Shown here: positions 48,801-58,613 of the stretch, piece by piece
Numbering within the stretch: the stretch's first letter is position 1
How the letters are laid out: each line of letters opens with the position of its first letter
Assembly: GCA_963811215.1 (NCBI GenBank)
Contig: CAWEQK010000002.1
Coordinates: 117,891 to 181,890, forward strand
Source of the DNA: an uncultured Actinomycetota bacterium
Lineage (GTDB): Bacteria > Actinomycetota > Actinomycetes > Propionibacteriales > Nocardioidaceae
Reading direction: 5' to 3'
Length of the DNA stretch: 64,000 nt
The notes under the pieces: generated by a model
The model's input: only the letters and a program-made list of their open reading frames with translations
What the model was told of the DNA's origin: nothing
The model's database searches: none
Position numbers and translations under genes: made by a program

Positions 48801-50394
48801 ATGGAGGACATGACGGCGATCCTGGTCGTGGCGCTGCTGGGCGGCATGGCCGCCGCCCTGGTGCGCCTGCCACCGTTGATGGGCTTCCTCGTCGCGGGGT
48901 TCGTCCTCAACGTCGCCGGGGTCGAGTCGGTGCCCGCGCTCGACGTGGTGGCCGACCTGGGCGTGACGCTGCTGCTCTTCGGGGTCGGGCTCAAGATCGA
49001 CCTGCGCCAGCTGGCGCAGCGCCAGGTCTGGGCCACCGCCACCGTGCACATGGTCGGCTCAGACGCTGGTCGGCGCGGGCGTCGTGGGGCTGGTGGCCCT
49101 GGCCGGGGTGGCACTGCTGGAGGGCAGCGACTGGCGCACGTGGGTGCTGGTCGGCTTCGCCCTGTCCTTCTCGAGCACGGTCTTCGTGGTCAAGACGCTC
49201 GAGGAGCGCAGCGGCGCACGCTCCCTGGGCGGACGCACCGCGATCGGGGTGCTGATCGTGCAGGACCTCGCCGCGGTGGTCTACCTCGGCGCGTCGGCCG
49301 GCGAGCCGCCCAGCCCGTACGCCGCGCTGGTGCTGCTGCTGCTGCCCGGCGCCTGGGTGCTGCGCACCGTGCTGGCCCGGCTGGGCCACGACGAGCTGCG
49401 CCCGCTCTTCGGCCTGGTGCTGGCCCTGGTGCCGGGCTACGCGCTCTTCGACGCCGTCGGTCTCAAGGGCGACCTCGGCGCCCTGGTGGTCGGGATGCTG
49501 CTGGCCGGGCGGCCCGGGTCGGACGGCCTGGCCAAGAGCCTCTTCACGCTCAAGGACCTGCTGCTGGTGGGCTTCTTCGTCTCCATCGGCATCGGCGCGC
49601 TGCCCGCCCCCGAGCACCTGCTGGTCGCCCTGCTGCTGGTGCTGGTGCTGCTGCCGCTCAAGGCGGTCGGCTTCGCGGTGCTGCTCGGCCTGACGGGGCT
49701 GCGGCGGCGTACGGCGGTGCTGGCCGGGTCGAGCCTGGCGAACTTCTCGGAGTTCGGGCTGATCGTCGGCCGTCGCCTCCTCCGCCGAGGTGATGGGCGA
49801 GGAGTGGGTGGTCACGCTGGCGACCGCCATCGCGGTCAGCTTCGTGGTCGGCACGGCGGTGGGCCGCCGCCCGGAGTACCTCGTCGGGCTGGTCTCGCAC
49901 CTGGTGCCGCGAGCGCCCCGAGCACCGGCTGCACCCCGAGGACCGCCCCCTCGACGTGGGGCACGCCGAGGCCGTCGTGCTCGGCATGGGCCGCGTGGGA
50001 CGTTCGGCGTACGAGCGGCTCGAGCAGCTCCACGGCCTGCCCGTCGTCGGGGTCGAGACCACCGGCGAACGCGTGGCGCCGGCTGGTCGAGGAGGGCGTC
50101 GACGTGGTCGAGGGCGATGCCACCGACCCGGAGTTCTACGAGCGCCTGCGCACCGGCGACGTCCGGATCGTGCTGCTGGCGATGCCGTTCCACGGCAACA
50201 ACCTCGACGCGCTGCGGCTGCTGCGCTCGAGCGGTTTCGTCGGCACCGTCGCGATCGTCACGCAGTACGACGCGGACCTGCGCCAGGCGCGGGCGCTCGG
50301 TGCCTCGGCCGGCTTCCAGCTCTACGACGGCGCCGGCACCGAGCTGGCCGACCGCGCCGCGCATGCCGCCGGGCTGCGGTTCGACGACGACTGA
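48801..50394 (+). CDS. Cation:proton antiporter (CPA2/Kef-like) with C-terminal RCK_N (TrkA-N) domain; about 4 frameshifts
   Basis: [65 protein letters not shown]. Confidence 0.88.
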
Positions 50395-50432
50395 ACCCCG
50401 GCGCCCCCTCCGGGATCTGCGAGGCTGGAGGG

Positions 50433-51080
50433 GTGCCCGAGAGCGTGCCCGCCCCCCAGCTGTCCCTGCCCGACGACGAGGCGCGCGTCCGGGTCGCGGC
50501 GTTCGCCGACGACCTGGCCCGCCGGCGCACGGTGCGCGACTTCTCCTCGCGCCCGGTCGCCGCGGGGATCCTCGAGGACGCCGTGCGGGCCGCGGCCAGC
50601 GCGCCGAGCGGTGCGCACGTGCAGCCGTGGCGCTTCGTGCTGGTCACCGATCCCGACGTACGCCGGCGGCTGCGCGAGGCGGCCGAGGCCGAGGAGCGGG
50701 AGTTCTACGAGCGCCGGGCCTCCGAGGAGTGGCTCGGCGCGCTCGCCCCGCTGGGCACCGACGCCAGCAAGCCGTTCCTGACCGACGCCGCCGCGCTCGT
50801 CGTGGTCTTCGAGGTGCACGCCGGGCCCACCTCCCCCAAGCCCTACTACGTCAAGGAGTCCGTCGGCATCGCCGTCGGCTTCCTGCTCGCCGCCCTGCAC
50901 CAGGCCGGGCTGGCCACCCTCACCCACACACCCAGCCCGATGCGCTTCCTCGGCGAGGTGCTGGGCCGCCCGCCCGAGGAGCGCGGCTTCGTCGTCGTGG
51001 CGGTGGGTCACCCGGCCCAGGACGCGCGGGTGCCGGCGCTCGAGCGCAAGCCGCTCGACGAGGTGCTGGTGCGGGTCTGA
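50433..51080 (+). CDS. Nitroreductase superfamily, iodotyrosine deiodinase (IYD)-like
   Basis: [56 protein letters not shown]. Confidence 0.88.
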   Translation: MPESVPAPQLSLPDDEARVRVAAFADDLARRRTVRDFSSRPVAAGILEDAVRAAASAPSGAHVQPWRFVLVTDPDVRRRLREAAEAEEREFYERRASEEWLGALAPLGTDASKPFLTDAAALVVVFEVHAGPTSPKPYYVKESVGIAVGFLLAALHQAGLATLTHTPSPMRFLGEVLGRPPEERGFVVVAVGHPAQDARVPALERKPLDEVLVRV

Positions 51081-51099
51081 GGGTGCTGGCCCCGCCCCT

Positions 51100-52865
51100 T
51101 CAGCCGGTGAGCTTGGCCAGCCGGGCCCGCAGCAGGTCGACGCGGTGCGCGTTGCCGTGCAGGTCGACGTAGGCCTCGGCGTACGACGCCAGCAGCGCGT
51201 CGTCGAGCCGGCGCACCGCGCCCGGCGGGTAGCGGTAGTCCATCCGGGCGTTGATCTCGGTCTCGTCGACGGCCACCAGCACCTCGGAGAGCTCGCCGAG
51301 GCTGGTGATGCCCAGCTCGAGCAGCAGCCCGGAGATCCAGGCGTAGTGGTCGGTGCGCGACCAGCCGGCGTCGGCGTACTGCCCGGCGAGGAAGGCCGCG
51401 AGCTCGCGCGGGTCGAGGCGGGGGTCGGCGTCGGGTCGACGGCCGGCTCGGGCGGTGCGCGGGTCGGTGGCCTGCAGCCGGTCGCGGATGGTGGCGAACT
51501 CGCGGTCGGCGAGCTCGAGGAGCCCGGCGGCGAGGGTGAAGCGGCGGTCGAAGTCGCGCGCGTGCTCGTCGGGCACCACGCCCTTGTAGCGGATGTCGTG
51601 CTCGAACTCGGCCCACGCGTGCTGCAGCACGGTGCGGATCTGCACCGAGGCGACGAGGCCGCGCAGCGGCGCCCACGCGGGGTCGCCCTCGCGGGCGGCG
51701 TCGATGCCGATGACCTGGTGGCGGCTGGCGTAGCCGAAGCGGCCCTCGCTCGCCGTCTCGCGGCCCATGTCGCGGTCGTCGTGGACGACCAGCTGGTCGC
51801 CGAGCAGGTCGGCGACGGTCTCGACGTCGCGCTGCACGTAGGTGACGACGCGCACGCCCAGCTGGTCGGTGACCTCGACCAGCGGGTCGCGGTAGAGCGG
51901 GCTTGCCGCCGGGTCGGCCGTCGACGGTGCGCGCCGACTTGGCGGCGAAGGAGGCGACCGACTTGGTGCGACCGGTCCACCGAGAGGTAGTTGATGCCGG
52001 CCTCGTCGAGGATCGAGCTGCACCAGGCGCACGTAGCGCTCCCCGGCGTCGCGCAGCTGCGGGAGCCGGGCGGCGTACGCCTGGGTGGCGGCCTGCACCG
52101 GGTCGGCGCGCGGGCGGCTGCGGCGCGGGCTGGGCTCGAGGTCGCGGGCAGGGTGGGCACGACGACGTAGCCGTCCTCCCAGCCGCCGTCGGGGCCGAGG
52201 TACGTCGTGGTGCCTCGGGGTGGGCGTCGGAGAAGTAGCCCGACGTAGGCGCACACGACGGCGTCGACCTGGTCCTCGACCACCCGCAGCTCGCTCTTGC
52301 GGGTCGCGCTCTCGACGGCGTCGCGCAGCCGGGCCCACGGCTCGCCCGCGGTGACCACCACGGTCTCGAGGTAGCCCATCAGCGCCAGCAGCTCGCTGCG
52401 CAGGCTCTCGAGGTCACGGCCGGGCTTGTTCTTGTACTTCAGGGTGCGGCCCAGGCGGAAGAGCGAGACCGTCGCCGGGTGCGGGTAGACCTCGATCGCC
52501 CGGCGCTGGCGCCCCGATCGGGGGTTGAGGTCGAGCCCGAGCAGGCCAGCGACGCGGGCACCCCGCGGCGTCTCGGCGAACTCGGGCTTGCCGGTGTTGG
52601 CCGGGTGCGCGCCGGCGTCGAAGCGCGCGAAGTCCTTGTTGAGCGCCGCCTCGCAACCCCGGTTGCCGCTGGCGTTGCGCACGATGAGGGGTGCGTCGAT
52701 GGAGACCAGGCAGGCCCCGCCCGCCACGACGCCCTCGACCGCGGCGACGACCTCCTCGTCGCTGCGCTGCGCCGAGACGTGCACCAGCCGCGCCTCGGGG
52801 TCGAGCACGGCGATGCCCGTGGGGGCGCGATCGCCCCAGGCGAGGTCGACGCCGACGTAGTGCAT
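51100..52865 (-). CDS. relZ: DUF429 (RNase H-like) plus RelA/SpoT small alarmone synthetase fusion, RelZ-like; several frameshifts
   Basis: N-terminus [30 protein letters not shown]; C-terminus [40 protein letters not shown]. Confidence 0.85.
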
Positions 52866-52890
52866 GGCCCCCAGCCTCTCCTACCCGGGC

Positions 52891-54081
52891 TCAGGCCTCG
52901 TGGATGGGCTCGGCGGGGAGCTTCTTGACCTTGCGGGTGCGCCGGCGACGGCCCGGGATCATCGAGCGCATCTCCTCGAGCTTGCCGAAGCACAGCAGCC
53001 GGTCGCCGGCCTCGAGCACGTGGCGGCTGTGCGGGTTGGGGATCACGCTGGTGCCGCGCTGCAGGGTCAGCGCGGAGATGTCGCGCTCGCGCAGCCCCGA
53101 CTCGCCCAGGGTCTTGCCGACCAGGTCGGAGGCGGCCTGCACCGCGATCTCGGCGACGCCGTACCCGGTCGAGACGGTCAGGCGCTGGCGCACGTCGATC
53201 TCGGGGAAGGCGACCTGGTTGTCGATGTGGTCGATGATCGAGCCGGCGACGTCGAGGTCGGTGGCGCGCTCGATGCCCTCGAGGCCCGGGGAGGAGTTGA
53301 CCTCCATCACCAGCGGCCCCTCGTTGCCCTCGAGCATGTCGACGCCGGCGACCCGCAGGCCCATGATCTGGGCGGCCCGCACCGCGGCGCGCTCGTAGTC
53401 CTCGTCGAGGGTCACCGCCTCGACGGTGCCGCCGCGGTGCACGTTGGAGCGGAACTCGTCGCCCTGCGCGACCCGGCGCATCGCGGCCACCACCCGGTCG
53501 CCGACGACCAGCGCCCGGATGTCGCGGCCCTTGCTCTCGCTGACGAAGCGCTGGATGAGCACGTTCTGGCGGGTGCTGTGCAGCGTCTCGATGATCGCCT
53601 CGGCGACCTTGATGGTCGGCGCCAGGATCACGCCGATGCCCTGGGTGCCCTCCAGCAGCTTGATCACCACCGGCGCGCCGCCGACCCGCTCGATGGCCGC
53701 GATCACGTCGGCGCGGTCGCGCACGAAGGTCGTGGCCGGCATCCCGATGTGGTGGCGCGAGAGGATCTGGGTGGCGCGCAGCTTGTCGCGCGAGTTGGTG
53801 ATCCCCCACGACGTGTTGGGCGTGTAGACGTCCATCTGCTCGAACTGGCGCACCACCGCGGTGCCGAAGTAGGTGATCGAGTTGCCGATGCGCGGCAGGA
53901 CCGCGTCGTAGTGGGAGAGCCGCTTGCCCCGGAACTGCAGGTCGGGCTCGTCGCCCGACAGGTCGATGCCGAAGCGCAGCGTGTTGAGGACCTTGACCTC
54001 GTGACCCCGGTCGAGAGCGGCGGTGCGCAGCCGCTGCGTACTGTACGACCGGGGCGCGCGGGACAGGATCGCGAGTTTCAT
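52891..54081 (-). CDS. rimK: RimK family alpha-L-glutamate ligase (ATP-grasp) fused to a TrkA-C/RCK_C domain
   Basis: MKLAILSR, YSTQRL, DAVLPRIG, SRDKL, KLLEGTQGIGV, FRSNVHRGG, EVNSSPGLEGIE; C-terminus LVGKTLGESGLR...LEAGDRLLCFG. Confidence 0.92.
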   Translation of the reverse strand: MKLAILSRAPRSYSTQRLRTAALDRGHEVKVLNTLRFGIDLSGDEPDLQFRGKRLSHYDAVLPRIGNSITYFGTAVVRQFEQMDVYTPNTSWGITNSRDKLRATQILSRHHIGMPATTFVRDRADVIAAIERVGGAPVVIKLLEGTQGIGVILAPTIKVAEAIIETLHSTRQNVLIQRFVSESKGRDIRALVVGDRVVAAMRRVAQGDEFRSNVHRGGTVEAVTLDEDYERAAVRAAQIMGLRVAGVDMLEGNEGPLVMEVNSSPGLEGIERATDLDVAGSIIDHIDNQVAFPEIDVRQRLTVSTGYGVAEIAVQAASDLVGKTLGESGLRERDISALTLQRGTSVIPNPHSRHVLEAGDRLLCFGKLEEMRSMIPGRRRRTRKVKKLPAEPIHEA

Positions 54082-54105
54082 GGGTACCCAGACTGAGAGG
54101 CGACG

Positions 54106-54579
54106 GTGGAGACGGACCTTTCCTACACCCTCGCAGGCTGGCGCGAGTGGGTGAGCCTGCCCGACGCCGGCGTCGAGTGGATCAAGGCCAAGCTCGACAC
54201 GGGCGCGCGGACCTCCGCGATCCACGCCTTCGACCTCGAGGGCTTCGAGCGCGACGGCGTGGCCATGGTGCGCTACTCGGTGCACCCCTGGCAGGCCACC
54301 GACGAGGACGCCGTGGTCGTCGAGAGCACGGTGCTGGACAAGCGCGAGGTGCGCTCGTCGTCGGGGCACGTCGAGGAGCGCTTCGTGGTGCCGATGGCGA
54401 TCACCCTCGTCGGGCGCACGGTGAGCGTCGAGATGAGCCTGAGCCGCCGCGACGAGATGGGCTTCCGGATGCTGGTGGGCCGCGAGGCGCTGCGCCAGGG
54501 CTTCGTGGTCGACCCGGGTCGCTCCTACCTCGGCACCCGCCCGCCCGTGGACACCCGTCGCCGCAACCGGGGCCGCTGA
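54106..54579 (+). CDS. RimB-like retropepsin-fold peptidase (ATP-dependent zinc protease family annotation)
   Basis: GWREWVSLP, KAKLDTGARTSAIHA, VRSSSGH..ERF, RDEMGFRMLVGR. Confidence 0.9.
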   Translation: METDLSYTLAGWREWVSLPDAGVEWIKAKLDTGARTSAIHAFDLEGFERDGVAMVRYSVHPWQATDEDAVVVESTVLDKREVRSSSGHVEERFVVPMAITLVGRTVSVEMSLSRRDEMGFRMLVGREALRQGFVVDPGRSYLGTRPPVDTRRRNRGR

Positions 54580-54580
54580 C

Positions 54581-55537
54581 GTGGCCCGCCCCTCCTTCGA
54601 GATCGGACCCGTCCGGGTGCGACCCGGCCGGGTCCAGTCGCTGTCGCTGCCGATCACCCGCCTGGTCACCGGCGCCGAGGTCGACCTGCCCGTACGGGTG
54701 GTGCACGGGCGCGAGGACGGCCCCACCGTGTGGATCGACGCCGCCATCCACGGCGACGAGGCCGTCGGCGTCGAGGTGGTGCGCCAGGTGCTCGCCGACC
54801 TCGACCCCCGCACCCTGCGCGGCACCCTGATCGCGGTCCCGATCGTCAACGTCCTCGGTTTCATGACCGGCAGCCGCTACCTGCCCGACCGCCGCGACCT
54901 CAACCGCTCGTTCCCCGGCTCGGCCCGTGGCTCGCTGGCCGGGCGGATCGCGCACCTGATGATGACCGAGGTGGTGGCCAAGTGCTCGGTGGGCATCGAC
55001 CTGCACACCGGCTCCGACCGGCGCACCAACCTGCCCCAGATCCGCACCGACCTCGAGGACCCCGAGACGCGCCGGCTCGCCGAGGCGTTCGCCGCGCCGG
55101 TGATGATGCACGCGCGGCTGCGCGACGGCTCGTTGCGCCACGCGGCCCGCGAGGAGGGCGCCAAGGTGCTGCTCTACGAGGCCGGCGAGGCCTGGCGGAT
55201 GGACCCGTGGGCGATCGAGGCCGGGGTGCGCGGCGTACGACGCGTGCTCGCGGCGCTGGAGATGACCGAGCCGGTCGAGGAGGAGCCGCCGCCGCCCAGC
55301 CTGCAGAGCTGGCGCAGCGGCTGGGTGCGGGCCCGGGGGACCGGGATGCTGCACCTCGAGGCCGACCTGGGCCAGCGGGTGGAGAAGGGCGAGCGCCTGG
55401 GCGGCCTGTTCGACTCCTTCGGCAAGCGGGTGCGGCTGGTGCACGCCGACCGTGCCGGCGTGGTCGTCGGGCGCACCGAGGCCCCGCTGGTGAGCTCGGG
55501 CGACGCCGTGGTGCACCTGGCCGAGGTCGAGCACTGA
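54581..55537 (+). CDS. Succinylglutamate desuccinylase/aspartoacylase family (M14-like) peptidase
   Basis: IHGDE, RDLNRSFPG, IDLHTG, LYEAGE. Confidence 0.92.
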   Translation: MARPSFEIGPVRVRPGRVQSLSLPITRLVTGAEVDLPVRVVHGREDGPTVWIDAAIHGDEAVGVEVVRQVLADLDPRTLRGTLIAVPIVNVLGFMTGSRYLPDRRDLNRSFPGSARGSLAGRIAHLMMTEVVAKCSVGIDLHTGSDRRTNLPQIRTDLEDPETRRLAEAFAAPVMMHARLRDGSLRHAAREEGAKVLLYEAGEAWRMDPWAIEAGVRGVRRVLAALEMTEPVEEEPPPPSLQSWRSGWVRARGTGMLHLEADLGQRVEKGERLGGLFDSFGKRVRLVHADRAGVVVGRTEAPLVSSGDAVVHLAEVEH

Positions 55538-55632
55538 CCCTCCGGGTGGCACACGACTGACCGATCGGCGGAGGCGCCCCGACGCCGGCGACGGTCAGAC
55601 TGCGGTCTCCCCCCACCCCCTGGAGACCGCTC

Positions 55633-56805
55633 GTGCGTCCTTCGCCCGCAGCGTCGCGTCCCCGCGCGACGCACCGCCTCGCCGCCGCCGTCGTCGGTGC
55701 CGGTCTGCTCGCGGCCGGGCTGCCCGCCACGGCCGCCCCCGCCCCCGTGTCCCCCGTATCCACCACGGCCGCCGCCGGCGTGCCCACCAGCCCCACGACG
55801 GCGTCGTACGACGCCCAGCAGCGTCGGCGCACCGCCCGCGGCCCCGCCGTGGGCGCGCAGTTCCACGGCCTGTGGGGCTCCTACACCGACGCCGACCGGG
55901 CCCGGGTGCTCGACCGGCTGGTCGACATGGGCGCCGGCTGGGTCCGTCTGGACATGTCGTGGGCGATGATCCAGCCCACCGCCGGTCGCATCGACCCGCA
56001 GGGCTGGGGCGTGCGCTTCGTGGACCGCGTCGTGGACATGGCCTCCGACCGCGGGCTCAAGGTGCTGGCCACCCTCTGGCTGACCCCCCGGTGGGCCGGC
56101 CCCGAGGCCGGTGAGCGCTCGCTGCCCGCCGACCCCCGCGACTACGGTGAGGCGCTGGCCTGGGCCGCGGAGCGCTGGCGCGGCCAGGTGCGCGCCTGGG
56201 AGGTCTGGAACGAGCCCAACAGCGCGGACTTCCTCGCCGGCGCCGACCCGGCTGCGTACGCCGACCTGCTGTGCGCCGCGCACGACGCGGTGCGCGCCTC
56301 GACCGCGAGCAGCACCGACGTCGTCTTCGGCGGCACCATGCACAACGACTCGGACTGGATCGAGGCCGCCTACGACGCCGGGGCCGGCGGCTGCTTCGAC
56401 GTGATGGCCACCCACCCCTACCAGTCGCCGTCCGACACCGGGCCGCTCTCGGGCTCCGGCGACGCCGAGTGGGAGTTCTCCCACCTGGCACAGGTGCGCG
56501 AGCTGATGCGCCGCCACGGCGACCGGCGCCCCGTGTGGGTCACGGAGTTCGGCTGGTCCTCGCACCGCGACCGCGGCGACGAGCAGCCCTGGGAGCGCGG
56601 GGTCAGCAAGCGCCAGCAGGCCACCTTCACGGTCGCCGCGCTCGAGGCGCTGCGCACCCGCTTCCCCTTCGTGCGCAAGGCGTTCCTCTACAACGAGCGC
56701 GCCCGCACCGACGCGGGCCGGCACATGAAGGGCTACGGGCTGATGACCCACGGGCTGAAGCCCAAGCCGGTCTACCGCGCCGTGCAGGAGTGGGCACGCC
56801 GCTGA
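55633..56805 (+). CDS. Secreted clan GH-A glycoside hydrolase (GH5/GH39-like)
   Basis: Signal peptide; WVRLD, WEVWNEPN (acid/base), HPY, VWVTEFGW (nucleophile). Confidence 0.88.
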   Translation: MRPSPAASRPRATHRLAAAVVGAGLLAAGLPATAAPAPVSPVSTTAAAGVPTSPTTASYDAQQRRRTARGPAVGAQFHGLWGSYTDADRARVLDRLVDMGAGWVRLDMSWAMIQPTAGRIDPQGWGVRFVDRVVDMASDRGLKVLATLWLTPRWAGPEAGERSLPADPRDYGEALAWAAERWRGQVRAWEVWNEPNSADFLAGADPAAYADLLCAAHDAVRASTASSTDVVFGGTMHNDSDWIEAAYDAGAGGCFDVMATHPYQSPSDTGPLSGSGDAEWEFSHLAQVRELMRRHGDRRPVWVTEFGWSSHRDRGDEQPWERGVSKRQQATFTVAALEALRTRFPFVRKAFLYNERARTDAGRHMKGYGLMTHGLKPKPVYRAVQEWARR

Positions 56806-56825
56806 GGCGGTGCCGCCAGCTCCAC

Positions 56826-57230
56826 TCAGTCGCCGGCGGCCTCGAGCATCCGCAGCAGCTCGGCGCCCATCTCCTCGATGACGGCGTGCAGGCCCTGCAG
56901 CGGGCGCACCATCACGGTGAAGTCGACGATCCGGCCGGACTCGTCCCAGGTGATCATGTCGACGCCCTGCACCTGCTTGCCGCCCACCAGGGTGCTGAAC
57001 TCCAGCACCGCGGAGTCCTCGCCGACCCACTGGCGGTGGTAGCGCAGCCCGGGCCCGAGCACCGTGAAGGCCGCGCTGAGGTAGCCGACGACCTTGTCGC
57101 GGCCCTCCTGGGGCGTGTGCACGGCCGGGGAGCGGAAGACGGCGTCGGCGGCGACGAGGCCGGGCAGGGCGGTGACGTCGCCGGCCTCGGCGACGGCGTG
57201 CCAGCGGGCGAGGGCTGCGGTGGCGTCCAT
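56826..57230 (-). CDS. NTF2/SnoaL-like protein
   Basis: DAVFRSPAVHTPQEG, VLEF, QGVDMI, FTVMVRPL. Confidence 0.88.
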   Translation of the reverse strand: MDATAALARWHAVAEAGDVTALPGLVAADAVFRSPAVHTPQEGRDKVVGYLSAAFTVLGPGLRYHRQWVGEDSAVLEFSTLVGGKQVQGVDMITWDESGRIVDFTVMVRPLQGLHAVIEEMGAELLRMLEAAGD

Positions 57231-57286
57231 GCCCCCATCCCACCACCGATTCACGGGGCTGGCGCCGCAGGCGGCATCCTGCCCGG

Positions 57287-58582
57287 GTGGAGACCCCCAT
57301 CCCGGACTACCTCGCCGAGGTCGTCGACGCGTGTGCCGCTGACTCGAGCGGTGCCGTCGCCGACTACATCCCCGAGCTCGCCCAGGTCGAGCCCGAGCAG
57401 CTCGGTGTGGCCCTGGCGACCGTCGACGGTGCGGTCTACGAGGCCGGTGACTGCGCGGCCGGGTTCACGATCCAGTCGATCTCCAAGCCGTTCGTCTACG
57501 CCCTGGCGCTGCAGCAGCGCGGGCTCGAGGCGGTGCTCGACCAGGTCGACGTCGAGCCCTCGGGCGAGGCCTTCAACGAGCTGTCCCTCGAGAAGGGCTC
57601 GGGGCGCCCGCTCAACCCGATGATCAACGCCGGCGCGATCGTGGTGCACACGATGCTCGGCGAGGCCGGCGACCCGCAGGGGCGCTGCGAGCAGGTGCTG
57701 GCCGGGCTCTCCGCCTTCGCCGGGCGGCCCTTGGGCGTCGACGAGGCGGCGTACGCCTCGGAGAGCGAGACGGCCTTCCGCAACTACGCGATCGCCAACA
57801 TGCTGCGCAGCCGCGACTCGATCGTCGAGGACCCCGAGGACGTGGTGGCCGCCTACACGCGGCAGTGCTCGGTGCGGGTCACCACCCGCGACCTGGCCCT
57901 GATGGCCGCGACCCTGGCCAACGGCGGGGTGCACCCGTTGAGCGAGGAGCGGGTCGTCGAGGAGTGGGTGGCGCGACAGGTGATGAGCGTGATGGCCACC
58001 TGTGGCATGTACGACTCGGCCGGCGACTGGATCTCCACCGTCGGCTTCCCCGCCAAGAGCGGCGTCTCCGGCGGCATCATCGGCGCCCTGCCCGGACAGC
58101 TGGGCATCGCGGCGTTCTCCCCGCGCCTCGACCCGCACGGCTCCAGCGTCCGTGGCGTCGAGGTCTGCCGACGGCTCTCGGCCGACATGGGCCTGCACAT
58201 GATGGACCCGCCCCAGCCGGCGCGCTCGACGATCCGTCGCACCCACACCGTGCAGTACGTCGACGGCAGCGCCGCGATGGTCTTCGCCCTGCACGGCTCC
58301 CTGCAGTTCGCGGGCGCCGAACGGCTGGTGCGCGACCTCGCCGAGGCCGACACCGACGGCGCGCTCTCCGACGCGGTGGTGCTCGACCTGAGCCGCGTGC
58401 ACTCGATCAACGACGCAGCGCGTCGGATGCTGCTGGAGACCGTGCGGCGCCTGCACCTGGAGGGCTGCCGGGTCACGCTCGTCGACCCCGAGTCGACGCT
58501 GCCCGACCCCGAGTGCGGCGACGGGGTCCGACCCGCCGTGGTCGGCACCGTGGCCGAGGCCGCGGCTCTCGGCAACGGCTGA
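57287..58582 (+). CDS. glsA: Glutaminase with C-terminal STAS domain
   Basis: ADYIPELA, FTIQSISKPF, EPSGEAFN, NPMINAGA, CGMYD, PAKSGVSGG; STAS-like LHGSLQFAGAE...VVLDLSRV. Confidence 0.93.
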   Translation: METPIPDYLAEVVDACAADSSGAVADYIPELAQVEPEQLGVALATVDGAVYEAGDCAAGFTIQSISKPFVYALALQQRGLEAVLDQVDVEPSGEAFNELSLEKGSGRPLNPMINAGAIVVHTMLGEAGDPQGRCEQVLAGLSAFAGRPLGVDEAAYASESETAFRNYAIANMLRSRDSIVEDPEDVVAAYTRQCSVRVTTRDLALMAATLANGGVHPLSEERVVEEWVARQVMSVMATCGMYDSAGDWISTVGFPAKSGVSGGIIGALPGQLGIAAFSPRLDPHGSSVRGVEVCRRLSADMGLHMMDPPQPARSTIRRTHTVQYVDGSAAMVFALHGSLQFAGAERLVRDLAEADTDGALSDAVVLDLSRVHSINDAARRMLLETVRRLHLEGCRVTLVDPESTLPDPECGDGVRPAVVGTVAEAAALGNG

Positions 58583-58613
58583 GGACCGGTCCCCGGACCC
58601 GCCCCGTCCCGCC

